DNA of 64,000 nucleotides from Anthoceros angustus (lineage: Eukaryota > Plantae > Anthocerotophyta). A program made the position numbers and the translations under genes. Shown here in pieces: positions 13,321 through 26,759 of this stretch (its first letter is position 1; every line of letters starts with the position of its first letter). A model generated the notes under the pieces. It did no database searches and was not told where the DNA came from. It was given only the letters and a program-made list of their open reading frames with translations. The stretch covers positions 1,612,001 through 1,676,000 of the forward strand of contig MU008161.1 of the NCBI GenBank assembly GCA_010909165.1, in the 5' to 3' direction.

Positions 13321-14070
13321 ACCTCCTCCTGCATGCCCATTGTAGCCCTCCCTTCCACGCACTTGCTTTCACTGTCGTGGCACTTCCATCCGAAATTCAT
13401 TGGCTAACCTTAGAAGCAACCTTGCAATGAAGGCTAACCTTAGAAGCAAATGCAAATCGAGCCAGATCCGGTCGGTCAGTGTAAAGGGTACTCCTCAGGA
13501 AACATCTCAGATTGGACAAAAAGCGATAAGGGATAAGCTGCGAGGTTGCGTGGCTTCATACAACTGCGAGTCAAAGTGCATGAAGATCACGTGTGATCAG
13601 AGAAGGCTGGACCAAGTGATGACAAGGATTGAACTCTAGGGATGAGTGAAATTGAAATCTTGTTTTTTCCCAGTTAATGTTGTAAGTCTAGTTCGATATT
13701 CTTGTGTTAGGGAAATACCACTGGTGGCTTTTGTGGTGTCATAATAAAACCACATTTTCCTCCTAAGCGGAGTTCTGATTGTCCTTCCAGTGACGGCCTT
13801 CCTCACCGCTCCTACTTTGCATTATTCCCTAGGTTCGAGTTTGGGACCACCATTCGTACATTCTTTGGATGGAAAGTAGTAACTCTTCTGGTGAATGACC
13901 TTTTTTGAATTTTATTTTCGCAATCAAAGCCATTTGTTTAGGGGCCCATCAAAAACCCCTTGAGAGATTATTTGCGAGCCTTCGGATTATTCACCCCCTT
14001 CAAAAATTATCATGTTGCCTCTACCTGCAGAATTTCTATATTTTACAAGCCAAAATCTTGGCTGAAAGTC

Positions 14071-14607
14071 ATGGCCAATCTAGATGGCCATCAGCACGGG
14101 CGTCAGCGCCCTGCTGAAAGGATCCCTATGCAAAATAGGTCAAGAGTTGCTGATAGGCTCACAATTGCATCTCAGCTGCATTAGGGCATCCTAGCATGGA
14201 GCCATTTAAATCAAACTCAACCTATGTAGATAGCAGATCTAAGAGACGCATTTAATACAATCATTCAGGCGCTCTATCCTCATAACCTAAATCTGACGTT
14301 TACTCTTCCTCCTAGAAACCCACAGAATTTGCCAGAAGTGCGTGTGCGAAGAGCCTTTGATGGAAACGGGCAGCCCCGTGGTTTCATCACAACTCAAGCT
14401 GCCACAAATACAGGTGTCAGCACAATAATCCAACGCATCGAGGCAAATAACAGAATTGTGGACAGACGCTTCAATCAAATAAATGTACACCTATCTACAG
14501 CAAGCGTGGACTTACAGGATCTGAAGGAACAAATTGCGCACTTGGACTACAAGCTAGTCATGCTTCTCAAGCTGAGCTGCTCAAGAACCCTGCATTCAGG
14601 AACATAG
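14071..14607 (+). pseudogene. Decayed ~178-codon ORF of unknown function just upstream of Copia gag
   Basis: ATG at 14071; ORFs 13960-14184 and 14329-14607 share a frame broken only by TAG at 14182 and 14227. The C-terminus looks coiled-coil. Confidence 0.45.
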
Positions 14608-14879
14608 CCTGTAAGCACGCAAGGAAGACAAATCGTGGGCGCAAGTTTGATTCACTTAATTTGTGTCCATCTTGCTCCACTTATGCTTATAACAAGTACG
14701 AGATGAGGAGCTCCAAAATTGCAGCTAGGAGAGTTGTCTGGGATCAGACCCTGCAACGCCAAAATCAACGTGCACTGTAAGTAGAGTGTATGGACAGAGC
14801 ATGCAGTGATTAGGAAGCTGATATACTAGATACAGTAGAGACAGAAGTTGAACATACCTTTGAAACACTGAAACCCAAC

Positions 14880-17800
14880 ATGGGTGATACAGCTTCATCA
14901 TCCAACTTTGGTGGTGAATCCTTTAAGGAAAAGGATAGATTCAACGGGACTGACTTTGACATATGGCTCATCCGGATGGAGGGTGTCCTCGAGATGAGGA
15001 ACCTTCTGAAATATGCAACCGGAAAGGTAGAGGATTTTGGCGAAGGGACAACAGCAGAAGCAGACTGGTTAGCTAAAGACAGCGCAGCCAAATACCTTAT
15101 TCGCAGTGGCCTAACAACTGAAATGTTGAGGCAGACTGGAGGGGTGAAGACTTCAGCTGAAATCTGGACTCGCCTCAAGGAACTCTACGTAGGGCACAAC
15201 ATGGTCAGTGCAATGACAGCTATACGTAACTTCCAGAATTTGAGAATGAAGGAAGGTGATTCAGTGGAAAAACATTTGAATACCTTTAGGACCTTAGCCT
15301 CAAGGCTACCAAGTGCCTCCAAAGTCAACATGGAAGACGATGAAATGGTGATGAGACTTCTTCTACTCTCACTTCCTGAATCATGGTCACATTTTGTGAC
15401 CTCCCATACTGCTGCTCAAACACAAGCTACACTGTTAGCTAAGAAACAAGGTGTGGAGATGCCAGAGATGTCATTTTTGCAGCTTGTCAGCTCTATGCTT
15501 CAAGAAGAAGCGAGCAGGATGACCCACAGGCGAACAGGCAAACAACATGCCCTGTACACCTCTAACCAAGGATGAGGAGGCAGAAAATCCTTCTCAAAAG
15601 GAGGTGGTGGCAACTCATTCAAAGGAGGTGGTTTGCAAGGAGTAGCCTCATCTGGAAAGAAGACTAAAAGGCAATCTTGGCACACCGTGCAAGATACAGT
15701 CACCAGGAAACGTGATTATGCAAAGCGGTGGAGTTCTCGCAAGGAGGAGTCATCCAGTGGCGAGACCTGCAGTGGTGGTCGAGCGAGAATACTCCATCAA
15801 CCCTAACAATTGGGACAAGGGAGTTTGCTAGTCCACTGTTGCTTCCCACTTGTCTGTCTTCAAAAGCAAATATGAAACCAACAGCAGAGTGGTATTTAGA
15901 CACTAGTGCAACTGCGCACATTTGTTTTGACAGAAATGCCTTCAACACATACAGGGCTGTATCTGACCATTATGTTTACCTTGGAGACGATAGGTCTCTA
16001 GTCTCACCAAGTCGTGGCACAGTTGAGCTGTCAGTCCCATCTAGCATCAGACTAAAATTAAGAGATGTTTACTATGTGCTAGACATGACTAGAAATCTAA
16101 TCTCAGTTAGAAGATTGAATGCTGACAACAACAGTCTCGTTGTCTTCAATAGAATAGATTGCCAAATAGTAGATGCATTTGACCCTAGAAAGGTACCTGC
16201 CTATGGGTCTTCGGACCATGATCTGTTCCGTCTCCATCTGCTCAGTGGAGTAGCAGAGTCCCACCTGACACAAGATGTCTCCCTAGCCTCTGCACAACAG
16301 ATAGTAAAGTCTAAGTTGTGGCATGAACGTTTGGGTCACCCTCACATGGCAAAACTGCAGAAGTTGGCTTTGAGTGACTTGTATCAAGATGGACCTATTG
16401 GCTCTTTGACTGCCATACCCCTATGTGAAGCTTGCGTGCTATCTACGAAACACCAAGCAGCCTTCAAGAACAAAGCACCTCACCGTACTACAGATGTCCT
16501 TAAGCTTGTTCATGCAGACCTGTGTGAACCTTTATCACAAGAATCCATTGGAGGTGGGCTTTATTTTCTAACGTTTACAGATGACAAAAGCCGTTTTGTC
16601 ACCACCTACATCCTGAAGAACAAAAGTGAATGCTTTTCCTATTTCAAGGAATACATCAAGTTCGCTGAACGTTGGACAGGAAAACAGCTCAAGACACTTA
16701 GATCTGATAATGGCGGGGAATTCACATCAAATGAATTTCAGTAGTTTTGTAAAGATGAAGGCATTGGACGCCAACTTACAGTTGTGTACACTCCACAACA
16801 GAATGGAGTGGCAGAGCGCTTGAATCTCACATTGCAGGAGATGGTCTCCTCATTGTTACATGACGCTCATTTGCCACTACCTTACTCGGCTTAGGCCTTG
16901 ATGACTTCAACCTTTCTTCGGAACAGGTTACCCATGCCACTAATGCAGTTGCTGGCAAAACCCCTTATGAGGCTTTTACAGGTAGGAAGCCATCAATCCA
17001 ACACTTGAGGACTTTTGGCTGTCTCGCTTATGCCTTCATACCTAAACAAAAGCGAACCAAGATTTCAGATAAGGCACGCAAGCTGCTTATGCTGGGATAT
17101 ACAAAGGGGATAAAAGCTTACAAATTGTATGACATCCCTTCTAACAGAGTCATCTATGCCCGGAGTGTTACTTTTGACGAAACAAGAACTTGGGCGTTAG
17201 TGGGAGCTTACACTCATGCTCCCGAACCTGATGACAGTGAGAACTCTTTGGACATTTCTCATTTTGATCTAACAGATCATGGCACTCAGGATCCCCCTGT
17301 TGAGGATATTGCTCTTGCAGGAGGGGACAACCAGGCAGTGTTAGAAGAACCTGAACCACCTGAATTGCCACTGCCAAATTTCCAGGACCAAAATCCTCCA
17401 AATCCAGTAGTTGATGAAGCCGCTAAACATGAAGCACATCAAGACACTACTGAAAAGGATGAACCTGAGGAAACAGATGAAGCTGATGATATACTTCATG
17501 CTGAACTCGAACTGAACCTAACACGAGCAGCGATACCCAACTCGCGAACTGCAGGCACCGACTATTATCGCACACGACGTGCTACCTCTTCTCATGTGAA
17601 GGCCTATGCTGCCACAGCCTTGAATCCCATAGAACCGCAATCTTATGAGGAAGCTCTCAGCAGGCTTGATCACAAAGAATGGGAAAAGTCAATCCAATCA
17701 GAATATGATTCTCTAATTGAGAATGGAACTTGGGAACTTGCACAGTTGCCCAAAGGCAGAAAATTGGTGTCATGTAAATGGGTGTTTAAGCTAAAGTTTA

Positions 17801-18284
17801 AGGCTGATGGATCATTTGATAGATATAAGGCCAGACTAGTTGCTAGGGGATTCACACAAGTTCCAGGTTTAGATTACCTTGAAACCTTTGCTCCTGTCGT
17901 CAAGCTTGCCACTCTGCGTACTATATATGTGTGCCATTGCAGCTGACAAGGACTACGAGCTCAGAATGTTTGATGTGAAGACTCCCTTCTTGCATGGAAT
18001 TCTTGATACTGAAATTTACATGCAACAGCCGCCTGGTTATGAGGTCAAAGGCAAAGAAGACTATGCTTGCAAACTAATTAAGTGCATGTATGGACTTAAG
18101 CGATCGACCATGAAATGGAGCTGCCTTTGGACAAAAGGAGCGCAAGCCCTAGGTTTACAAAACAATAAGCGGTGACTGTACATATATACATCAAAGGTGA
18201 TGTGATACATTACTTAGTGTCTATGTTGATGACCTTATCTTGGCCCATGCTTGACCTGAATTTCATATCTTGATCAGACACACT
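14880..18284 (+). mobile_element. Ty1/Copia LTR retrotransposon gag-pol, decayed (gag, PR, INT, 5' RT)
   Basis: gag FNGTDFDIW..LLSLPESW; protease WYLDTSATAHIC; LWHERLGHP/CEAC; integrase LVHADLCEP, DDKSR, LRSDNGGEF, QQNGVAER; [42 protein letters not shown] precedes RT. LTRs not identified. Confidence 0.95.
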
Positions 18285-19202
18285 TTAGGCGTGGAAGACC
18301 ACATGTACTAACCCCGCTCCCAAGTGTCGGGTGAGCGATTTTTGTTTTGGATGTGTTAGAATAGCGAGTGCTTTGAGAATCGTCGAGTCGGGTCTTTTAT
18401 ACGGAATGGTCCTTGGCCCTTGGAGATAATAATAATTTTTCGACCCTTAGGTTTGACCCGGAGGGTGGGTAGAAATAGAGTCCTTGGGTATTGGGAATTT
18501 TAGAATAAAAGGTGTCTATATATGCTAGGGATGCTCACAATATGCCGCGTTGTGTAGTCAAGTGGGGTGGTGGCTAGTTCCACCACGGTGGCAGCAGGAC
18601 GTCTGAGACCGAATTTACAACCCTAGTGGCGGGCGGGACTACGTCAGTCGGGCGCAAGCGGGAGAAGGCACACCGGCACGCGGTCGCGACTTTCGGGAGG
18701 CGGTCGGAGGCGAGGCTGCAGCAAGAGGCGGCCTGGCAACCCGAGCCAAATCAACATCTCATGCGAGGAGGAAGCGGCGGCAATCGGAGCGGCGGCGGAG
18801 GAGAAATCAGGCGGCAAGTTCGAGGCGTGGAAGGAGGCCGCGGCGGCTTTGATTTTTCTCTTGACCGAGATCTGCGGGGTAGTCGAGGTTTTGTTTTGGG
18901 AAACAACGAGAGAAGGAGATGGCGCCCAGTGCGGCGAAATCCCACCAGGTGGCCCAACATGGACCATGGAAGTGAGGTGCTGGCGGGAGGCTCACGAAGT
19001 TCATGGAGAAGAAATGGTGCTCTGACTGCATTGGTGCAAGAGTGCGCCCGGCAATTAAGGACCAAGTCGCAAGAGGGTGGCCGAGGAAAAGGCCGCAGGC
19101 GGGATTTGGCCCTCTTCGAGGCGGTGTATGGGCGAAGCATCGGAGGATGGGAGCTTGGTGATTGACCCCAGTGAAGAAGACCTTGAAATGCGGTAGCTCA
19201 TG

Positions 19203-21860
19203 AAGCACAGGGAAGTGAGAGTGAACAATGGGTGGGTGACTCGCCAACTCGTGTCTGCTTGGTGGTGGGATTGGCCAAATGGATTTTGTGTTTCCCTGAG
19301 CCGGAAGCTGGATCATATGGCGGATCACTTCTTGGTTTTCTTCACGAGGTGGTCAAGGGTACACAAATTGATTGGGGAGGATGATTTTCGAAAGAGCACA
19401 TGAGGAGAAGGCGATTTACTCTCTTCTTCCCTCGGCCCTCCTTGATTTCGCCTTTTCGATTCATGTATTTGCGCATTAGTGTTTAACGGAGTTGGAAGGT
19501 GTCCATACTGCATGGTTGGAAGCCGGTCGGGGAACTCAAGGTAGAAGAGGAGGAATTGAAGGAGGATTCGGGCAAGGATTCCAGCGGTTAGTCGCTTCCT
19601 GGAAGGTTCGGAAGAGGGTGGGGAAGTTTCCAAGGGTAAGCGAAGGCGGCAGCAGTCGAGCAGGGGTCGGCGAAAAGGGAGCGGCGGCGAGGAGGAACCC
19701 ACAGCTACACCCGGTCACAGTCGAAGGCAGCGGCGAGAGCAGGTAAGGAGGAGAAAATAAAGGGAAATGGCAAGTTGCTCCCCTCCAGTGCAGGATGAAT
19801 CGCCGCTAGAGAATGAAGCGGGGAAGGCGTGTGAGACCAACCCCTAGGAGAGGAGGGTTAACTTGCCGAGACCAGACTCGGGACATTTTGGCGACATTTC
19901 AGAACCGTCCGGTGAGGTGGGGATAGGAGACACCTCGCATCGAGAATTGTTGTGGAGGCGGATGGGCAAAGGGACAGCCAATTTGGGGATTTGGGGTTTG
20001 ACTTGGCCATGGCACAGCGGATCTCCTCGATCAAGCGACCATGGCTCTCACTTGAGTGTGCAAGGCCAACAGAAGTTGCTCAAGGAGAAGTTGGAAAGCA
20101 CAGGGAAGTGAGTGAACAATGGGTGGGTGACTCGCCAACTCGTGTCTGCTTGGTGGTGGGATTAGCCAAATGGATTTTGTGTTTCCTCTGAGCCGGAAGG
20201 CTGGATCATATGGCGGATCACTTCTTGGTTTTCTTCACGAGGTGGTCAAGGGTACACAAATTGATTGGGGAGGATGATTTTCGAAAGAGCACATGAGGAG
20301 AAGGCGATTTACTCTCTTCTTCCCTCGGCCCTCCTTGATTTCGCCTTTTCGATTCATGTATTTGCGCATTAGTGTTTAACGGAGTTGGAAGGTGTCCATA
20401 CTGCATGGTTGGAAGCCGGTCGGGGAACTCAAGGTAGAAGAGGAGGAATTGAAGGAGGATTCGGGCAAGGATTCCAGCGGTTAGTCGCTTCCTGGAAGGT
20501 TCGGAAGAGGGTGGGGAAGTTTCCAAGGGTAAGCGAAGGCGGCAGCAGTCGAGCAGGGGTCGGCGAAAAGGGGAGGCGGCGAGGAGGAACCCACAGCTAC
20601 ACCCGGTCACAGTCGAAGGCAGCGGCGAGAGCAGGTAAGGAGGAGAAAATAAAGGGAAATGGCAAGTTGCTCCCCTCCAGTGCAGGATGAATCGCCGCTA
20701 GAGAATGAAGCGGGGAAGAGGCGTGAGACCAACCCCTAGGAGAGGAGGGTTAACTTGCCGAGACCAGACTCGGGACATTTTGGCGACATTTCAGAACCGT
20801 CCGGTGAGGTGGGGATAGGAGACACCTCGCATCGAGAATTGTTGTGGAGGCGGATGGGCAAAGGGACAGCCAATTTGGGGATTTGGGGTTTGACTTGGCC
20901 ATGGCACAGCGGATCTCCTCGATCAAGCGACCATGGCTCTCACTTGAGTGTGCAAGGCCAACAGAAGTTGCTCAAGGAGAAGTTGGAAAGCACAGGGAAG
21001 TGAGTGAACAATGGGTGGGTGACTCGCCAACTCGTGTCTGCTTGGTGGTGGGATTAGCCAAATGGATTTTGTGTTTCCCTGAGCCAGGCTGGATCATATG
21101 GCGGATCACTTCTTGGTTTTCTTCACGAGGTGGTCAAGGGTACACAAATTGATTGGGGAGGATGATTTTCGAAAGAGCACATGAGGAGAAGGCGAATTAC
21201 TCTCTTCTTCCCTCGGCCCTCCTTGATTTCGCCTTTTCGATTCATGTATTTGCGCAAGGGTGTTTAGCGGAGTTGGAAGGCATGTCATACATGGTTGGGC
21301 CGGTCGGGGAACTCAAGGTAGAAGAGGAGGAATTGAAGGAGGATTCGGGCAAGGATTCCAGTTGGGAGTCGCCTCCTGGAAGGTTCGGAAGAGGGTGGGG
21401 AAGTTTCCAAGGGTAAGCGAAGGCGGCAGCAGTCGAGCAGGGGTCGGCGAAAAGGGGAGGCGCCCCGGAGGAGGAACCCACACCGGGGTCACCCGGTCGA
21501 AGGCAGGAGCAGGTAAGGAGGAAAATAAAGGGAAATGGCAAGTTGCTCCCCTCAGTCTGGGGATGAATCGCCGCTAGAGAATGAGGCGGGGAAGCGTGAG
21601 ACCAACCCCTAGGAGGAGGGTTAACCCAGTGGCCGAGACCATAGACTCGGGACATTTTGGCGACATTTCTTTGACCGTCCATTTGAGGTGGGGATAGGAC
21701 ACCGTCTGAGGTGTTGTGGGCGGATGGGCAAAGGGGGCCAATTTGGGGATCGAGGTTTGACTTGGCCATGGCAGGCGGATCTCCTCGATCAAGCGACCAT
21801 GGCTCTCACACTTTGAGCAAGGCCAGCAGGAGAAGTTGCTCAAGGAGAAGTTGGAAAGCT
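19203..21860. repeat. Tandem triplication, ~892-bp unit
   Basis: Unit start AAGCACAGGGAAGTGAG recurs at ~19203, ~20096 and ~20988; identical ORFs 19863-20111 and 20755-21003. Confidence 0.95.
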
Positions 21861-22229
21861 GGAAGGCGAGAGCAAGCGGAGGAGGCCTTGAGGCAGGAGT
21901 CTGGCCTTATGCAAAACAGGAGGCGATTAAGGACATGTCCACTCGGAGGCCTTAGTAAATTCAGGTCAAGGCGCATGCTACAATTGAAGAGCTTCAGATG
22001 AGGTCTCGAGTCCGGGAGGCGGTGGAAGCGATGGCGCCCTTGGAGAAATTCAAGAAGTGGCGGAGGTACAAGCGGGAAAGAGGCGAAGCTAGGGCCGAGT
22101 CAAGAGAGGTGGCCAAACCAAGAAAGGCCGAGCAACCACCACGGTGGCTAAACCACCGTGGAAGCAACCACGGTGGCTAAACCAACCACCGTCGTGGAGC
22201 GAGGCGAGGTGGGGAAGTCAGTGTCGCAG

Positions 22230-23035
22230 ATGGAGGGAGATCTCTGGAGAATCAACAGCCGGCCGATTGTCCACGGGAGGAGAGGTAAGGACCTCTCGGA
22301 AGGCGTATTGTGCTACGGCGTCCGGATGAGGATGCTCATGTCACAGCCTGCATGGTGGCGGTGCTCACTCTAAGCGTGTATGTGGTTGTTGGGCGGGAGG
22401 CGGCTGGCTGTACATCTTGACCGCCACAGGCGTTTACGATGGTTCCTTGAGTAGGGCGGGCGCCTATCCTCCGCAAGTGGTCTTTGGAAGAGATGGAGGG
22501 AGATCTCACGGAGAATCAGCCGGGATTGTCCACGGGAGGAGAGGTAAGGACCTCTCGAGAAGGCGTATTGTGCTACGGCGTCCGGATGAGGATGCTCATG
22601 TCACAGCCACGCACGCATGGTGGCGGGTGCTCACTCTAAGCGTGTATGTGGTTGTTGGGCGGGAGGCGGAAACTCTTGGTACATCTTGACCGCCACAGGC
22701 GTTTACGATGGTTCCTTGAGTAGGGCGGGCGCCTATCCTCCATAAGTGGTCTTTGGAAGAGATGAGCGGGCGAGGCGAGCATGGAGGAGCACAGTATGGT
22801 TGTCCGGGAGGAGAGGTAAGGACCTCTCTGTCGAGGCGTATTGTGCTACGGCGTCCGGATGAGGATGCTCATGTCACAGCCACGCACGCATGGTGTGCTC
22901 ACTCTAAGCGTGTATGTGTTGGGCGGGAGGCGGAAACTCACTGTACATCTTGACCGCCCGCAGGCGTTTACGATGGTTCCTTGAGTAGGAGGCGGGCGCC
23001 TATCCTCCGCAAGTGGTCTTTGGAAGAGATGAGCG
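22230..23035. repeat. Tandem triplication, ~265-bp unit
   Basis: GGCGTATTGTGCTACGGCGTCCGGATGAGGATGCTCATGTCACAGCC occurs three times. Confidence 0.95.
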
Positions 23036-24228
23036 GGAGGCGAGCATGGAGGGAGGAGCACGGTATGGTTGTCAGCGAGGAGGCGGGACAATGGACATAG
23101 AGGTCACGCAGTGGCGTCGCGGGAAGGCGCGAGGAAACTCAGGCGGTGAGAGTGAGGTGGAGGTTGTGGGGAAAATCGCTCGGATCGAGGCGGAGAAGAG
23201 CGAGGGTCCCCATGGGCCGTGGGGGCGGCGGCAATCGAGGCGGTGATTTTAGAGTCGCGATAGCCTAGGACCGGGGTTTCCTTTTCGGGCGAGGGGATAG
23301 GGAGTTCCATCAGCCGTAGAGCTGTTGTTGCTTAGATTGGTAAGGGGCGCTCGTGGTAGGAGCTACAATTTTTAGACACTAAAGAGAAGTGAGCTGTGTT
23401 GGACCACAGCCAGATGTATAAGAGACCCTTTGGGTGTCTCTCAAAGACAGACGATTTCAGGTGTGAACTTCCGTGTATCGAATCCTCGTGTGGGGTTGAT
23501 TGGAGACGTCTGGTCAGCATCAAACGGGTTCGGCGCACCGTCTTCTGGTCACAAGAAGGCCGGGAAGATCTGGATGGTCGAGGCGGAGTGGCCAAGCTCC
23601 ACTGGGAGTGAGGTGGCCGGTGGAAAGAGGTAGGATGCAGCGGAGGCGAGGCGGCTGGAGGCGAATCGCCCAAGCAGCCGGGGTTTTCTTCTGATCCTCT
23701 TTTCCAAGCTGCGCCACCGGTGTGTTCATTCCATGAGAGAGTCATGTGGCCCAAGGAGTCTGTGGCCCAAGGGAGGGTGCATGTGGCCCGTGAGGCGAGG
23801 AGAGTTCATTGGGAAGGGAAGGTTCCGAGGAGTAGTTGTCTTGTGGGAGGGATTGTGAGTGTGTGAGGGAAAATCGGAATGCGTGGGAGTGGGCGCGTGT
23901 GGTGGAATCGCGAAATTCCAGTAAGTGAGGCGTATATAGGTGTCCGTATGCCCATAGCCCCTAGGTCCGTGTTAGAAGCGGTGTGAATAGACTCCATGAG
24001 GCGGTGGTGGGACCATACGGTGGCGGCCACTGCGGTGGCGAGTCTACCAGTGGTGGGTTTGGGCGGGGGTGGTGGAGAAGGTGGGGTAGTGGCGGCGGGG
24101 TAGGTCTAGAATCCATAGATTTAGCACACCTTGACACAACACCATTCCCTTGGGATCGAATCCTAGGACTATAACGACATAGAGGGTAAATGTGGCCTCT
24201 TTGCGTCTTCGGATGCAAAAACCCATTC

Positions 24229-24345
24229 CACACTAGCACAGAAGTTCAAGATGTCAGATCTTGGTCCACTTCAAAGCTGCCTAGGTATTCACATTCAGCG
24301 AAATCGTGAGAAAAAATCCACCGTTTTATGTGGTCACAATGTCCT
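24229..24345 (+). mobile_element. Continuation of the Copia RT
   Basis: TLAQKFKMSDLGPLQSCLGIHIQRNREKK, the conserved segment after YVDD. Confidence 0.85.
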
Positions 24346-24349
24346 ACAC

Positions 24350-26240
24350 ATCACTACTGAAAGCGGTCACAAGACGGTGGGAAAACCCTTGGGATCCGTA
24401 TGGTTGTCCTCACTAAACGAGACATCAACAATCCATGGTGTTCGACGGATTGCTCGGCTTTGTAGCCCCCACCGCCGTCACTCTTAATCACCGGCCCGGA
24501 CTTCGAAGAGACATGTGCGTTGCCCGCGCGTCCGGAGAAATCATCGCTGCTGAGCCTTAATTGCGGTTGTCCTCGGTCTCGATCCGCACCACTTGCCCTC
24601 ATTCGAGCACACATCACTCATTCATGCCATGACATCCATATCACATCACATGCTCATCCCATCTAGTCATCATGCATTGCCTCACCTCTCTCATGCCCAT
24701 GCTTGCAGCTCACACATACACACGTGATTGGACATGTCCTCACGGTCACATCCTGTGCACATTGCTCAACTGTCTTGACATGTATGCGCCATGACATGGT
24801 CCAACTTGGTGAGCATGTTCCAGTGAACAATAATTTTGGCCACCGCCCTCATCCTCGATCCAGAATGGTCAGGCGCCACCAGGTTGGGACCTCTGGGCAT
24901 CACGCCTCAAAGGGGCGGCTTTGCTCTACCTCTCCTCTTGAGGCTCGCTTTCTCCATGACGTCTCTGCCGGAGGCGGTGTACACCGAAGGACCTCTGGGC
25001 ATCCTGCCTCAAAAGGGCGGCCTTCGCCTGCTTCTAGCTTACCTCTCCTCTTGAGGCTCGGCTTTCTCCGCCCGGCGTCCTGCCGGAGGCGGTGTACACC
25101 GCCCGAAGGACCTCTACTGTCTAGCGCCTGGGGTCCTCTCTCAGGCTCTTTGATCGGACAGACTTGCCATGCGCCTTGACATCTTCTGGCGTACTCTAAC
25201 TAGGAGCCCGCAGCCTTCGTCACGTCGCCACTGGAAGATGTCTAGGTGCCAGTCTTGGACAAGCTCGCCACCGACCTCCTCGCGGAGAGAAGTGAGCGCT
25301 AGTGTGATGTTCTTCTCCACCAGCCGCCAAGGCTCCAAATCCTCTGCTGCCTTCTTGGGGCCCAGGTTCGCTCGTTGTTCGCTTTGCTATTGAAGTAGCC
25401 TAGGCACCGATGCACTCCGTCTCTTCCTTCGGCGCCAAAGGAAGCCACGCTAAGCCGGGTCGGATGCTCCAAGGCGCCGCGCTCGAGTTGAGGAAGAAGG
25501 AGCGCCAGAGAGCTGGGTGTCTAAGCGCAAGTGACTGGGAGAACTACCGGGAGGTCGCGCTGGAAGTCGCCTTTCTCTAAGCAACGGGGCATCGGGCGTA
25601 ATTGATGCGTGGGAAGTTGTACTTTCGCTGCCAGTAACTGCCACCTTCTTGCATCTTGTACTGCAGCTTCACTCTCGCCGTTTTCTTGGCGCATGTCCTT
25701 GGGTCGTGACTACCTACCTATAACGGTTGCTGACAACTCTGAAGTTCTGGCTTGCTGCATGTCAGTCATCCTCTCACCACCATCCACGTGTCGTCCTTAC
25801 CAAATTACGTCCCGATGCCGGACCCCCCAAGGATGCTCCCTTCTCCGGACCTCACTCAGGCCCACTCCAGAGTCACTTCGGAGTTCCTCCGGAGTCACAT
25901 CGTTCCCCAACATCACCTAGCGGAGCCCTCCTCGGACCGCGGCCTGGCCGAACCAGCCTTATTTCCTCGCATACTGCCTTATTCTTCACACAAAAACTCA
26001 AGAAAACAAAAAAAATTCCATTACTCGTTCCTAAGGGGGAGTCAAACATCCTTCCTTTGCCCACAAGAACCTCAAGAGCAGGTACCGAAAAGAGAAAGAG
26101 ATGCGCTCAAGCACCAGTCAAGTGATCTAGACTTGGCCTCACTACCAAGCCATGGCCTCGTTGTGCGAAGGCAACCCGAAGTTTTTCATGTATTCCAAAT
26201 GCATTGGACCCTGGCAGATTTGACAGCATAGGGAAGCCAA
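24350..26240. mobile_element. Probable LTR-retroelement non-coding/accessory debris, truncating the Copia
   Basis: Copia homology ends abruptly; internal ~100-bp direct repeats at 24887-25120; no recognisable core domain. Confidence 0.35.
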
Positions 26241-26759
26241 ACTTCGGTAGTTCAAGTAGTACCATATGAGACAAGAACCAAATGAGCCAATGGGGCTATA
26301 GAGGCAGCGAAGATGACCCAGCAGCTAGAGATGCACAACATCATGTTGGAGCATGATATGCGTAGAGAGGAGATATAGATGGAAAACAATCTAAGGATGA
26401 CACAAGTTCTTGTAGGAGGATCTCCCAAGATGGCAAAAGCTAGGTAGATGGCGCCTTGAAAAGAAAACGTCTTTTTATGTTCTCTAGGCAATGCCATGGT
26501 TTCTTAGCAGTCTTGGCATGCTCCTTGAAAAGAAACCTTGTCTTGTTTTTTAGGCCTCTAGGTATGTCCTCTTAGCATGCTAGTCTTTGCATGCTCATTT
26601 TTGGGCATTATTGTGCATTGTGTTATCAGGCATGCTTCTCTATCTTTGGGCATGTAAGCAATAAAAGCAATGTTAACTAAATTATTTTGACATGTTCATT
26701 TTATGGACATAATAATTTAAAACAATATATATTCACTTGGATAACTTATCACTCAATGA

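Larger units (their letters stand above)
18285..24228 (+). mobile_element. Unclassified 5.9-kb insertion inside the Copia RT
   Basis: Copia RT stops at ~18284 and resumes at 24229; CACACT is duplicated at both junctions (18279-18284, 24229-24234). Confidence 0.75.

Noticed and set aside
18273-24236. Helitron interpretation of the insertion (TC...hairpin...CTAG)
   Set aside because: The CTAG belongs to the resumed Copia RT frame (LAQKF), is not followed by T, and a 6-bp duplication is atypical of Helitrons.
24352-24370. CACTA-like terminus CACTACTGAAAG
   Set aside because: No matching TAGTG end, subterminal repeats or Tnp2 sequence was found.
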